Positions 12,975 to 32,690 of a DNA stretch of 64,000 nucleotides are shown one piece after another. This stretch comes from Ramazzottius varieornatus. Its lineage: Eukaryota > Animalia > Tardigrada. A model generated the notes under the pieces. That model was not told the DNA's origin and searched no databases. It was given only the letters and a program-made list of their open reading frames with translations. How positions within the stretch are numbered: the stretch's first letter is position 1; each line of letters begins with the position of its first letter. Where the stretch lies: contig BDGG01000003.1 of NCBI GenBank assembly GCA_001949185.1, forward strand, positions 2,649,158 through 2,713,157, given 5' to 3'. The position numbers and the translations under genes were made by a program.

Positions 12975-13338
12975 TAATGAAGGTACTTTGATATGTAATA
13001 GATTTGTATGGTACAAGTGCAAAATCGGTGTACGAAGTGGCTTGTTTTGCGTCTTATCGGTTTGATTTATTTCTAGTCTCTTTCGGTTTTGGACTCAGTA
13101 TTCCTGGTCCGCTACATTCGGAATGTTTTTGTTGGTCCAACGTTACCATAATTGGCTCGTTACCTTGAGCAAGGAGCCTGATCGTTGTTCGAAGTTTTCG
13201 ATTTGACCATCACGACGAAATGTTAAACTTTGTAAGCAAGTTACAAGCATTCCTCCGACAGAAGAAATACTAAATATATTTGGACTGGAAACGAGGACAT
13301 CTTGTAGACAGAGAGGTCTTCTGAAGTTGTGAGTACTT

Positions 13339-14000
13339 TCAGTTTTTATGCTTTTGTTTGACGCCAGGGCTTTGAAAGTTTGCAGATCTAGACTTCGACT
13401 GCGAACTGGCTTCCGGTGCAATACAAAGTTGTCCACAACCATTGAAGCAGCATTTGCTGTCACCAGGACATTCGATATCGTTTTGGCAAAGGTCCCTGGC
13501 AACGGGATCGGGGTTGATGTCTCCGTTGCATGTCACGTCATTGAAGCTGGAGAGAGGGCAAGAACCAGCTTTCTGGGATGGTGGAGGACTGGCAAGCAAG
13601 GTAGTGCAGACGGGACAGCAGCGAACAGAACAACACTTCTGACCTCCGGTGCAGCTCGAGTCGTTGCAGGCGAGACACTGGACAGCAGCACAGCTTGCTG
13701 CGTTGGTGGGGTTATTGGGGCAAAAACCGCCATTGTTTGAGTAGGAAGTGGACCCGGAAGTGGTATTGATGGGAGCCGCAGTGACGTCATTGTGGTAACC
13801 TGCAGTACACAATCACCCGGCATGGTAATTTAATTGTATCAGTGCGACACTTTTGCATCAGACGAGTCGTAAGGTTGGGAATCTGCTTTGTACTCACTGT
13901 ATCGAGTTGCATCCGAACCACGCACGATGGTGAAAAGGACAGAGAAGATGCTGGCGGAGTACAGGTACCTTCGACACATTGTTCCCGCTGTGTGCAACAT
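13339..14000 (-). CDS. Secreted double WAP-domain (four-disulfide core) protein, 2 exons
   Basis: Exon 1 (ML)HTAGTMCRRYLYSASIFSVLFTIVRG is signal-like and splices in phase to exon 2, which contains KAGSCP...[22 protein letters not shown]. Confidence 0.8.
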
Positions 14001-14984
14001 CACTTTCGTGAAAACTCAGCCAGGGAAAATCCGCACAAGATTATACTGTTTGAATGTTCGTCTGCTGCTTATGCAGCTTGCCTTCATGCAGGTCGAATAC
14101 CGGTATCGGTCATGCGAAAACGCACATCGATTCGGACCACGATTAATGCGCCGACCATCAACTTGATTTATGGCGACCTCGAATGGTCATCTTGGTATAA
14201 ATAATTCTTACCTCTGTACATCGACACGAATAATTATTTACCGTGTTTCAAAATCGGGACAACAAACTTCTAAACTTCTAGAGGTATATGCTAGTTCAGA
14301 TGGGACACACTACGAGGAACTACCAAAAACCTGTTGTCCACTTTGAAAAGCCCAGATTTGTCGACCCCGGGGACGGTCAGAAATTCATACCTTGAATTTT
14401 TTAGCAATCATTCTTGCCACGTATGTAACGATAGATTCACACACAGTAAGAGAAGGAGCTTTAGAAGGAACCGCATGAACAATGCAGGCCAGCGGTCAGG
14501 GGAATACAGACTACTGATAATTCAGCGCGTCGGTCGACACTGGCTACATTTCATCGAGTTCTCTATTGACATCCTACTTTTGTTAAAAGAAGCTACTCAG
14601 TTTAGTCAGTGATTATTGTACGGACCCATTCACAATATATATGCAGCTACAGTATTTTTTCGGTCGAAAGCGACGTAACATCTGATTTGCCAGCGTAATG
14701 GGAATCTCTTGGATGAGCCCTTGGATGATCACAGTAATGATACCGGAAACTCGTCATCTTGGAAATAAGCTGAAATATCTTATAAAACTATTTTATTTTG
14801 CAGTGGTTCTTTGTATCAATAAATAGTATAAACTAAAAATCTTGACTACGTACAGCATGACATCAGATCGAGATTCTTCAGGACCACAAAAGCACTCTTG
14901 CAATCCAAACTTGGGTAGGCTTAATTAGGAGACTTGGATGGACGTTTCGATTACACATGATGGGATCTTTGCATACAGTATTTC

Positions 14985-15317
14985 TCAAGCTTCACAAGTA
15001 TGACCACACCCATTAGAGCGGCAATGTGGCCTATCCGTCGGACACGAGTCGTCTCCATCGCACTTCTCGACGCAGATGCCCATCGACCCTCGTTTGGCGA
15101 GACGAGAAGACCTAACTGGGTTCTGGCAGGAATGTCCGCATCCGTTCGAGCAGCACTTTTGTACTCCAGGACAACTGTTGTCGCCTCTACATCTTTCATC
15201 GCACGTTCCGATCATACCTGCGGTAGAAGGACATCTGCCCTTCTTGGCGTCCGAGAAGGCGAGATACAAGCAGAGGACTAGGGAAACCAGCAAGGCGTTC
15301 TTGGTCCCACGCTGCAT
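14985..15317 (-). CDS. Secreted double WAP-domain peptide (single coding exon)
   Basis: Signal peptide [17 protein letters not shown]; KKGRCP...[26 protein letters not shown]; second domain has 6 Cys. Confidence 0.9.
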   Translation of the reverse strand: MQRGTKNALLVSLVLCLYLAFSDAKKGRCPSTAGMIGTCDERCRGDNSCPGVQKCCSNGCGHSCQNPVRSSRLAKRGSMGICVEKCDGDDSCPTDRPHCRSNGCGHTCEA

Positions 15318-15849
15318 TCTGAGGATTTTTTAGGATGAGTGCGGCAGCTGAGATAGAAAATTGAACGATCACTTGGTCGTCAAAGTGGAAAGATGTCGGG
15401 ACTAAGGGCTGCCTTATCGAACCATGCAGGCTTTATATAAGCCGTTCACTTCTCGGTTCGAGGACGTCACAACAGCTCCACACCGGATTCTACCAGCCCA
15501 GAGGGGCTATTCAGCGTATGGCACAGTTCCGCTAATGCGTAACTTGGCCGAATTAGGAGAATTCAACCTACAGTATATACAGACCATATCCTGGTGTCCA
15601 GGAAAAGTACCGTGTTCCTCAACTGTTGTTCAGCATGAATATAAAGAAGTTGTTTATTTGTCGAAACTCACAAGTGCTTTGTTTTGCCACAGAAGAGACA
15701 ATAGAAGACGAACCATTAATTTTTCAAGAAGCCTTAGTATGCTCTTATCAAGCGATACGAAACGATCAGCGATACAGTTCCATAAGATAAAAGACTCTTG
15801 ATGTTACTTTATTGTGAGATGGTTCACCGAAGTACAGCTACGGCGAGAA

Positions 15850-16190
15850 ACCATTGTACTGGTGCTGTACATGACCCGCCACATCCTGTGAACAGCATTT
15901 TTGGTGTCCAGCGCACGCAGAGTCTCCAATGACCCCACAGCTGCCGAGCACATTCCAGTAGTACCCGGTGGAACTTGGAGACACGATTGCCGGCTTTCAC
16001 GGCCAGTGTGCAGCTGCGTCGACACACGTTAGAGCAACCCTTCAGCGAGTCAGAGCATGCAAGAACCATCACCCGGGCAAGCCTCAATGCAGTCGCCGAT
16101 ACTTCCGGGTGCTACACCATGACAGTTTCCCCCGTCGCCTGCTGGCTCCTCGCGATCGGCTGTACATGTCGAGTTCCCGTCATCGATCAT
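15850..16190 (-). pseudogene. Decayed WAP-domain paralog
   Basis: Fragments GNCHGVAPGSIGDCIEACPGDGSC*, VPPGTTGMC and KCCSQ / GCGGSCTAPVQ are spread across frames with a stop. Collinear with the intact copy at 16756-17276. Confidence 0.75.
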
Positions 16191-16755
16191 TGTCCGTAAT
16201 TTACGAAATGATACTTTAACACCTTAAGTACGGGGCGGGAAACTCACTTTCCTGGCGCACACTCAGTTGTGCGTAGCGAGATTCCACTTCAATGTTTGCT
16301 GTGCGTTCTTTTTTATTTGCCTGAAGGATCAACTTCTCTTCCTACATACTGCTTTCATATCTTTTATTTGGTTCAGCCATTACCTCGTACTATACTGTAC
16401 ACCATAAAATATACATCGCATATCTTGCGATCGCGCTCAATGTGACCAGGGGAAATACGGTACAGTCCGCGCTGATTCCGTGAGGATCTTTCATCGTTAT
16501 TTTTGCAAGATCTATGTAATCAGGCCCTACTGACAGAGATTGTCAATGTTCGGTATAGGTTTAATTGAACTGAGGCGATTTATTGCACTAATTGTCGGCA
16601 GACACTGTGTGTCCACCCACATCAAAGCCGATCTGCAAGCGGTCATGAATAATATTTTCCTGACAGCTGCTTTGGGCAAAATACGTTTCAGAAAAATCGT
16701 CACAAGACGACAGGTTTTCCACTGAACTTGACTGAAGCCCAGTTGCGGAAAGAAA

Positions 16756-17276
16756 CTACTGCACTGGTGCTTGGCACGTGTGACCACATCCGTTGAAGCA
16801 GCATTTTTGGTCGCCCTCGCAAGCGAAGTCCCCGCCCTCACAACCTTCTATACAGATTCCCGCAGTTCCCGGAGGTACTGCAGGACACGTGCCTGGCTTG
16901 ACAGCGTTCTGACAGGTGTGACCACAGCCATTAAAGCAGCACTTCTGCGAACCAGGACAAGTGTCGTCACCCATACAAGCCTCCACGCATGTTCCAACAC
17001 TTCCGGGTGCCACCACAGGGCAGTTTCCGACTTTTTGATAGAGACCGCCACCCCCTCCGGTGGAATATCCCGTCGTTTGCTGGCTTGGTGTGGTCGGTTG
17101 TTGAGTTACCGGCGACGACTGTCCGTATTCTACGATACAAGCCTTCACCGCGGTTATTTCCATCGGCGTAACAAATGTGAAGTATACTATTTCGTTGATG
17201 ACATACCGCTATTTGGATGGGCTGTCCCGTGGTGGACGATAAATACCTGCACGAGAGCGATCCAGAAAAAGTTCAT
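16756..17276 (-). CDS. Secreted double WAP-domain protein, 2 exons
   Basis: Exon 1 [23 protein letters not shown] (signal peptide), GT-AG intron, then exon 2 with two canonical 8-Cys WAP domains (KVGNCP...[11 protein letters not shown]; KPGTCP...[11 protein letters not shown]). Confidence 0.9.
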
Positions 17277-17691
17277 GTTGGATCTAAACTATAACCAGCA
17301 TGACATTGGAGTTTGTACGGCAAACAATAGTGCTGTTTTGCAAAACTTTTGCTGTGGTCGTATCTATATCCATTCGACTCAAAGAACGCTGTAAGACGCC
17401 ATTGGAAAATTGGAACGACGTTATTTATTACTTATTGACGGCAGATACTGTGTGTCGACCCACATCAAAAAGTACTGCGTTTCTCGATTACTGATGTTTT
17501 CAGCTTGAAGTGCGGGAAGAAATTGCTTACCTGCCATAACGTACTTTATTTTTGCCATCGCAAAGACGAAAAGCTGGTGCCTTCTTGATGTCGGAAAATG
17601 AGCCGTTACTGTAAATAAGTCTTCGAGAGCGTATTCGTATCGATAGATAATTTCAAGCAAAACAGTTCGACAAAATACAAGACCCTTGACG

Positions 17692-18221
17692 TTATATTCG
17701 CAGTTTTCCACTGAAGTAAAGTTGCGGGAAAAACTTCCACAATTGAGCACATCCGTTCCAGCAGCAATTTTGGCCGCCATCACAAGCGAAGTCTTCTCCG
17801 ACACAGCAATTCAAACAGGTTCCCACAGTTCCTGCTGGGACTTCGAGACAATTGTAACCTTCCTCGAGCAAAACAGACATTTCCGCACCCATTAGGTAGC
17901 ACTCCTGCGCCCGCTGATCCAGGGCGAAAACCATCGCCCGTGCAAGTTTCAAAGCAAGTTCCGACTCCTCTCAATACACCAGGACAGTTTTCGACCTTCT
18001 GAAAGAGGTCGTTATGTACACCAGAGTACCCCGTCGTCTGCTGGCTCTCGTGGTCGGTTGTCGAGTTGTCGTCAATGTTCGGCCATAACCTACAATACAT
18101 GATTTCTCATTGATATTCATAGCATATGCAATACTTTCCAAATTGTTTCACCCGTGTTGTGGTGGGCTGTTCCACGGTGAACACTGACTACCTGCAAAAG
18201 AACAATCCAAAAGAAGTCCAT
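17692..18221 (-). pseudogene. Frameshifted WAP paralog (tandem duplicate of 16756-17276)
   Basis: Exon 1 MDFFWIVLLQVVSVHRGTAH is homologous to the intact copy. KVENCPGV...CFETC and VPAGTVGTC...CCWNGC lie in different frames and several Cys are lost. The 3' flank is also duplicated. Confidence 0.75.
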
Positions 18222-18865
18222 TTCACCTAGCCAACGCCGAACAAATCATAAGGCAATCTGCAGCAAACAAATAGCAGCTGATTCCGTCAGACTGATCACA
18301 TATCGGATATTTATATTTATTGTTTCGGACATTCCATGAAAAGTCTTTCGTAATAAATTTGATTTGTACCGGGGAAAAGCAAAATAAGTTTCTTTTACAA
18401 CTGCGCCGGCATGAATATTGTGTGCTGTGCTAAGTAAGTAACAAAAACCCTGTGGTATGATTGCTGACTTTGTTCTAGCGAGTAACACTCTTGTTTTACT
18501 AAGTTGCACTGCTTGAAATGGCAACCCATGTGATGAGATCTCCCCTTTCCTATCTACTATAGAAAATCAAAAAAGTCAGTGCAGAAACGTGAGAAAAATA
18601 AGTAATAAGGAAAAGACGTACACGAGAGACGTAGCCAAACAGGAAGCTGGATGTTGGAGAAACGAGTCTGTCGGTGCCGTCACGTAGGCGCAGGCTGGTC
18701 CGCTCCGTTGCGTCCTGTGCAGAGAGATCGCTTCGTAACCAACAGCAACAAGAAGGGCAATCTCGATCGTCTACGTTTTGCTGCAACTTCACAGTAATTA
18801 GGGGTTCAATTAGGTTGTTAAAACTTACTTGAAAGCACCTACATTCCGACTTAACTGGAGGCAAT

Positions 18866-20502
18866 ATGGCCGCAGCAAAGAGCGGCAAAAATGTCCCACC
18901 TGTTCGAAGTGTTCGCCAGCGGCATTTCGACAACCCATTTTCCGACTACAACGGCCAACCCCTTCCTGACGCTTCAGAATACATTGAACAAGCTTTGAGC
19001 CTGATGCAAGATATCTATTCTTACTATACCGTCTTCCCAAACCGCCCACGGAGAGATCTCTATATCGGTGGTGCCGGTGTGGCCTACGGTTGTGTTCGCT
19101 TGAGTGATCGACTTCCTCGTCAGAGTGCCGACAAGGAACTCGTGCTGGACTTGGCTGTTCGAATCATCGATGCCCTTCTGCAAGAGCTAAACAGTATCCC
19201 GCTGAAGGCTCCAGGTGTGATCGGTGGCGACTTTGGCGTTTATGTCGCGGCGGCCATCGTGTACGCGAAGGCGGGGCGAACTGAGGATGCGGAGAACGCG
19301 CTGAAGGAGTTCGTGGGTTCGACCAGCGGTGTGGAGCGGATGACGTCGCAGGGTTCTAGCGCGGATGAGTTCATGACCGGAAAGTGCGGGTACTTGGCGG
19401 CGTTCATGGAACTTTGGAAAACCTTCCCTGCTCATCCAGTAAGACACGGTAATTATACAAGATTTTCAAAGCAGAAAACTCTGTTCGCATACGTTATTAT
19501 TTTTTATATTTTCTCTTGATACTTTTTGTTTTAGTCCTTACTTGAGGTTCCTGTTCCTGCCATTATCAACTCGGTGATCGAATCGGGAAAACAGTACAGC
19601 CACGCTCGAGGATTTCATTCTAAATGTCCGCTGATGTACTTCCATCTTGGGGCTGATTACATCGGTAAGCGTACCGGGAAGGAATCAAAATTAGTCAGGA
19701 GCGAGTGGTTCGTAGTAATAGATTAATCAGGAGCTATGAATACCGTACTTGATTTTAGGCGCGGCTCACGGTCTATCTTCGGTACTGCAAATCCTCCTTT
19801 GCTTTCCACACGTCCTCAAGGCTCATCCGGAAAACCTAAAAGAAATCAAAGCTTCCATAGACTACCTTGCAACCTGTCAGAAGTGCAACGGAAACTTTGG
19901 AGCAGTCTTTAATACTATCGACCAGGAAGAGAATGAGCTTGTCCAGTGGTGTCACGGCGCTCCAGGTAGGACTTCTTCGAGTTCCGTTACTGAAAGACAA
20001 AAACCGTGTTTTTGACCAGCTGTTTTACTGAACAGGTGTGATCATGTTATTTGCGAAAGCTTACCTGGTCTGGAAGGACTGCAAGTACGACGACGTGTGC
20101 AGGCTATGTGCGGACGTTATCTGGAAGAAGGGTTTACTGAAGAAAGGTCCCGGTTTGTGCCATGGTATCTCGGGAACCGCCTATGCTTTCCTACTCATGT
20201 ATAGACTGACAAACGATTCTGTCTATCTGTATCGCGCTACCTGCTTTGCCGACATTATGTTCCAACAGAACGTCCGAGAACTATCACGCCTACCTGACAA
20301 CCCTTATTCGTGAGTTAACCACCTACGTACTTCCGGTAGTAGAGACATGGAAATTATCTCCAGTCTTTATGGTTCTTTCTTTGATAGGTTGTTCGAAGGC
20401 ATTGCCGGGACGATGTGTTTCTACTCCGATCTCACGAATCCCCAAACATCGTTTTTCCCTTTTCTCGATATCTTTCTTGATTGCCCGGTTGATTTCTCTT
20501 AG
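18866..20502 (+). CDS. LANCL3: LanC-like protein (LANCL3-type), about 5 exons
   Basis: RHFDNPFSDY; DLYIGGAGVAY; GAAHGLSSVLQILL; LVQWCHGAPG; KKGPGLCHGISG; PDNPYSLFEG. The zinc-ligand Cys/His motifs are intact. Confidence 0.88.
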
Positions 20503-20692
20503 TAACAGATTGATAAAAATTCTCATTTATCAGACATAAAAGGAAATCACAGTACCAGACTCGGTCCGTTCGTGTTATTCTCACTATCCACTTCAAATAA
20601 AGACGAACCTTTTCCGTCCTGGGAAGCAAAAAGCTCGTCGGGAGTCTTCGCGTGAAGTATGCTAGAAAAATCCCCCATCTTTACAGCTAGCC

Positions 20693-22518
20693 TTACAGAT
20701 GTTTGATCATACGGTCGACAGTTTCGTCGTGTATCTTCTTCGCCGAGGCGAGCCAGTCCGCCAGAGGCAGGCTAAGAGCTTCTTTTTGGTCACGGTCCGC
20801 CACATCCAGAATCAAGGTCTCTGTTGGCTTGTGGATGAGACCCTTGATGTCACTGGAGAGAAAGTAAGACGAGCATCAAAAAAGAATCCGCTAGATAAGT
20901 ACGAACTTCCGGTTCGATAGTCGAACTCACCCATCCAGGATGCAGGTCTTTACCAGCTGTTCCACCTCGGTGATAGAGGAACAGTTGAGCTCTTTAGCGA
21001 CGTATTTCAGAGAAAGACGCTCGTAAGGCAGAATCAGCTTCTTGAGAATTTCCGTTCGGATATTGCTTAACAGCACTGGAAAGATTGAATCGTAAGCTTA
21101 GTGGTAACACAGTTATTCTTAATTTCCGTTTAGGCAGATTTCACATCGATTATTACTTTCGATGTGTTCGCGGATAAACTCGTCCTCCATGAGATGGTTT
21201 CCAGAGGTTTTCAATATGTTTTCAAAGGTCCTGATGTTGTGCGCCTGGTAGGCTCTAAAGAGAACGAGCACATTAATTTCAAGCTCGTGGACAAGAAAAT
21301 TTCAACGTGGTTCTTACTCTATGAGATCTGTCATGGCCAAAATTTCCTTATCGTTCCTGTACGCTTTGGCTTCTTGGGACTCAAAAGGATTGATCCCGCT
21401 CTTCATCAGCATGCTTGCCAGGACCAGATACTTCAGACAGGTAATGCGACGCGGACTTCCGGATTCGTCGTAGTTCTTGAAGGCCTCGAAGAAGTCTGTA
21501 TGAGCCTGCTCGAACTCCCCTTCTCGGAGATGCATCTTGCCTCCACATTCACGGATAACTCCCATGATGTTCGGATGTGGAATGGCAGACTTGACTCGAA
21601 GAGACTGTTCGTAGAGGGTCTTGAGCGCCTTGCTGTTCTTCTGGGCGGTGTGCATCTGAATCTCCAGAGCGTAGATCTCCAGAAGCTGCGTGCCCTTCTT
21701 CAGGTCATCTTCGCCGGAATCTGTCTGACAACTTTGCCGCAGCTGCTTGATAGTCTTCTGACACTTGACGTATTCTGCTCGTTCGAAGTACAGCTTGCCC
21801 AATTTCATCAAAGTCTTATGCCAGAGCCGCTCATTTTTCATAACCTGTCCAAATAAATAATCAGTATTTAGCAGGCCAGAAGGCTTGAACTCGACATTGA
21901 GAGTACAATAACCCAACCAAACGCAGAAGCATCACATGGCTTAACACAACATCAGCAAAATGATATCACTGCTTTGATGACAGAATTTGATGTCAGTTTC
22001 GGAGAACTGTTACCTTGAGGGATTCCAAAGTGGTTTGGTAAAATTCTTGCAGAAGATCCATGCTGCTCGACGTTGACACGTAGTCCAGAATTCCATTGAT
22101 GGACTTTTCAGCGTAGTTACGGACGACGGCAGTTTTGGTGTATGTTAGAAGCTCATGGTAGCGCTTCATCATCTGCTTCTGATCCCCCAGCTTGAAATAT
22201 ATCTTCATCATTTGTTTCAACGCCTTGAAGCCCCATTCACCTTTCTGATCTCCTTCGAGCATCAGCACCTAAAGAAACAACAACGCATTTACCAGAAGAT
22301 CGACCGGCGGAAGCGATTGGAAGAGTGCTTGAATTGTTCACGCTCAGTCGCTCGACTGCATATCTTACCGATTGAAACTGCTCCAGAGCAAGCCGTGGAT
22401 CGTCCTCTTTCATCGCCTTAGCATTGTAGTAACTGTTCTCCAGATCCACATCCTGCTCTTCCTCCTCATCCTGGTTATAATCGTCGTCGTCCATAGCGAA
22501 ATCATCGTCGTCAGCCAT
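20693..22518 (-). CDS. COPS2: COP9 signalosome subunit 2
   Basis: [14 protein letters not shown]; [11 protein letters not shown]; KNERLWHKT; [16 protein letters not shown]; [21 protein letters not shown]; [16 protein letters not shown]. Confidence 0.96.
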
Positions 22519-23248
22519 CCTGCTGCTTGCACTATATTTGCGACGTGGTTAAGAGCAGCGCAAAAGCTTGTCCTCAAAGTGGCGAGCGTGATCCGTTCTG
22601 CAGAAGATCGCGAAAGAGCTTGCACATGCCGCGAAGAAACAGGAAAGGTGGACTGGAACTGGAAGAGGAAAACTAGGAAAGGCTCCAACATTCCAACAAC
22701 TCAAGAGATACGCGAAAAGTGAAAAAGTGAAGATCTGAAAATGCGCCCGGCCGGGCCGAGGGCTTTGCAGTTGGTTTACGGTTCATTGTTTTCAGGTTGA
22801 TTGGCTTGATTGTTCGCGTTGAGGCGGATGCCGCGGATCGATTCGGTCTGTGCAGTGTGAGTGTGCTTTGGAGAAGCAAGCCTCGTGGTCCCCACTCCCC
22901 CTCGGGGTTTTGAAACCGAGGTTAGGTGGATGCTTCCAGTTGTGACCTTCATATCTTCGTTCCTCATCAAAAGTTTGTTTTTGTTTTCCAGCTTTTGTGG
23001 ATCCATCTTATGTTGCAGGTTTCGGAATCCTTCTGCACCGGTTATCTCTGTTTCGGACGTTCGATCGGAGTGCTGGAGTGCGAGTGTTAACTGATGCGAT
23101 CTACCTAGGAATCCAAGAAACCGCGACTGTGACTAACTCCGGTTCGTCGGATTTGAACCCTTGAACATTTGAACCCGCAGAAGATCGTCACTCATAAGGT
23201 TGGATTTTGCAACAGTGAAACGGAGTCGATCTGACCTTGCGGAAGAAG

Positions 23249-24426
<1,178 letters not shown>

Positions 24427-24851
24427 AATTTCAATATGAATGTGAATATCCAGTGGAGACTGAGAGTCATTTTTTAGTTACATGATACATTCTGCGCGTG
24501 GTCTGTCTGTCTCCGTGGAGAATTCAAGGGACTTACGGTCTGAGAGATCTCATTGTACAGTAACTTACGTTTTAAGCTAAGCATGGTGAATGTGCGGTAA
24601 TATAATCCAGATTTCTAACTGCGATCCGTTTTCTTAATCAAAATCGCCTTCTCTATTACGACCAGCGACTCTTCGGTATAAAAATTCGCGATTTCTGACT
24701 TTTCTAAGATACGCGAATAAGACTTATGATGGAAGATATATTCAACTGGTGGTACCTTCGTGAATACTGGAATGTGTTGGTGAAAACAGACAGATATTCA
24801 CACAATATTCAAATCATAAGGAGAAAGGAACAGTGCGCCGAGCGTCTGAGC

Positions 24852-25776
24852 TTAGAAAAATTTAACGCCCATGTTGCCATCCATGGAAATTATTTCTGCC
24901 CTTTTTTGATGTTCCAAGCAGCGTAAGGCTTTCAGTAGAAGATCTTGGTCCATGCCATGAAATTCTAAGAGAAATACAACAATGTCCTCTGGCCATGAAG
25001 CTCATACAGGCATCAAGTTCAAACCGGAAGTAGTTTGCCGTACCTTCTTCGGTCGTGTCCTGTCCGTGTATAAGTTCGTAAAACGTGCAAACGGTACTAA
25101 GCATCCCGTTATCCACAGCCTTTGAAAGATTGCTGATTTCTAATTTCGTGTTGGTCAGTAAGAAAAACATGATAATTATCATAAACTTGACCGCAGGAGG
25201 AATCATACCCAGCGATATAAGACCTTTGCCCACTCATCCACACTTTTCCAGAGAACCCACGCTCTTCTCTTGTTCTTGTCAATCCATTCCAAGTTTCCTG
25301 CAGCAAAGAGTAGTCAAAGCCGAACTGTACAGAGATGACCTACTCAATCTTTAGGCCGTCACGTACCAGTCTTCCTCAGTTCATCAAGTATGACTGAAAT
25401 CGTTTCCGGTGATAATTTACCTGAAGATCATCGTGGCTTGTACAGTCTTAGTCAGCTACCGTCGCATTATCGCTTGTACTTCGAAGCAAGCTTCTTTAAT
25501 CTTTACCTACGGTTGAGAGTGGTGTTGCTGAAGAGTGGACTCGACTGAGATTCGTTGACATCAATTACGCAGAGACGATGTGTCCGGAAGTAACTAAGAA
25601 CCAGCGCACACCATGCGTCCAGCTGTAACTTTCGAGTATCCAGGTTGGGCTGTAGCCTGCGAAACAAACCATTCTCACCAACATCTTCTTGGTAGTACTA
25701 TCACGAACGTTACTTACGTGAAGAAGGGAGGAAAGCTGTACTGCCAGGGCATCTCGAACTTATCTTGTGTCGACAT
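24852..25776 (-). CDS. VPS25: ESCRT-II subunit VPS25
   Basis: PWQYSFPPFFTLQPNLDTRKLQLDAW; STVCTFYELIHG; C-terminal GVKFF. Confidence 0.93.
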
Positions 25777-25898
25777 TCCGCTGTAATCCCTTGCCTTACA
25801 GGGTACGTTACTACAGTGTAAATGGCCAACTGTGGTGCGGAAGAGGACGTCAGATGTGGAAACTGGGAAGTGGCCAAGTCGGGCTTTGAGCAAGTCGA

Positions 25899-26031
25899 GA
25901 CCACTGACGAGCTGCTAAACATCGTGTTGCACATTTGATTTGGTTGATTGCTACCAGAACATATGGTTGATTGATTGATGGGCACTACTTTCAGTTTGTG
26001 CAGCACGATGTTCAGCAGCTCGTCAGTGGTC
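25899..26031. repeat. Inverted repeat (~35-bp arms) in the VPS25-BLM divergent intergenic region
   Basis: GACCACTGACGAGCTGCTAAACATCGTGTTGCACA pairs with TGTGCAGCACGATGTTCAGCAGCTCGTCAGTGGTC with 2 mismatches. Confidence 0.85.
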
Positions 26032-26866
26032 CAGTCAGTGGTTCAACCGTCAGGCAATCAAAAGCCTTGATTGTAAGAAATCAGGGCAGCTCCGCCCCAA
26101 AATCTAGCTTTACTTCCGGTTCCTGCCGTGTCTTCCAGGATTCCACTCGGTACGCCAACTCTTTCTTAGTTCGTAGAGAAGACTCTCCTCTACCGTTCTA
26201 TGGTATCAAACTGGCTGTCGGACGCGGAGGACTGCCGTAATCCCCTTGTTAGGGTCAGGGATAGCAGAATTAATTCAACGAGAACAAGAAAAGCACAACA
26301 AATCAAAAATCAAAATAGACAGGCGGCTTGGCGTGATTGGGCGGACTACACCCTATTTGTTACTGTGGCTGGTCGGTCGACTTGGCTAGCCGAACCAAAC
26401 CTTCGGCCGATCTTCCATGCCAAACCTACGCGTTCTGGCGGACCAGGTCCAGGTGTGGTTGGCCAGCTGATTCTGAGAATTTTGTTCCGAAACCAGGATC
26501 CAGATTTCGTTGCGCATCTCGTCGACGTTACGCCTGGATGATCTGGATCGCATCGTGTGTTTAGGTTTGATTTGTCTTACGCTTCGTATTCTCGATCCTG
26601 AATGTGCTTCGCCGTGGACAAAAGACCCCCAACCTGAAAAGTCTGGAAAGGCTGTTCATGTCAGTACGGTACTGTCTTCACAGCTGCGCCGAGGAGAGTC
26701 AAGACTGTACACTGTAAGTACTGGTAACGTCTTTCATAATAGTCGTGTTCCAGTTGTCGTAGTCTCCTGGATGAATTTTCCCTTGTGAAGGTCGCCTGGA
26801 ATGCAAGAGGATTGATTGTCAACGGTAGCACAAGTCGGGCCTCCAACGGAGTCACCTCCATCCGCC

Positions 26867-32690
<5,824 letters not shown>

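Noticed and set aside
18866-20502. LanC-like gene as a bacterial horizontal transfer
   Set aside because: It has spliceosomal introns and animal LANCL-type motifs (N-terminal R.F.NPF.DY, PDNPYSLFEG); this family is native to animals.
21164-21856. Long antisense ORFs (e.g. 230 aa opposite COPS2, 231 aa at 57292-57987)
   Set aside because: Shadow frames of real coding exons on the other strand.
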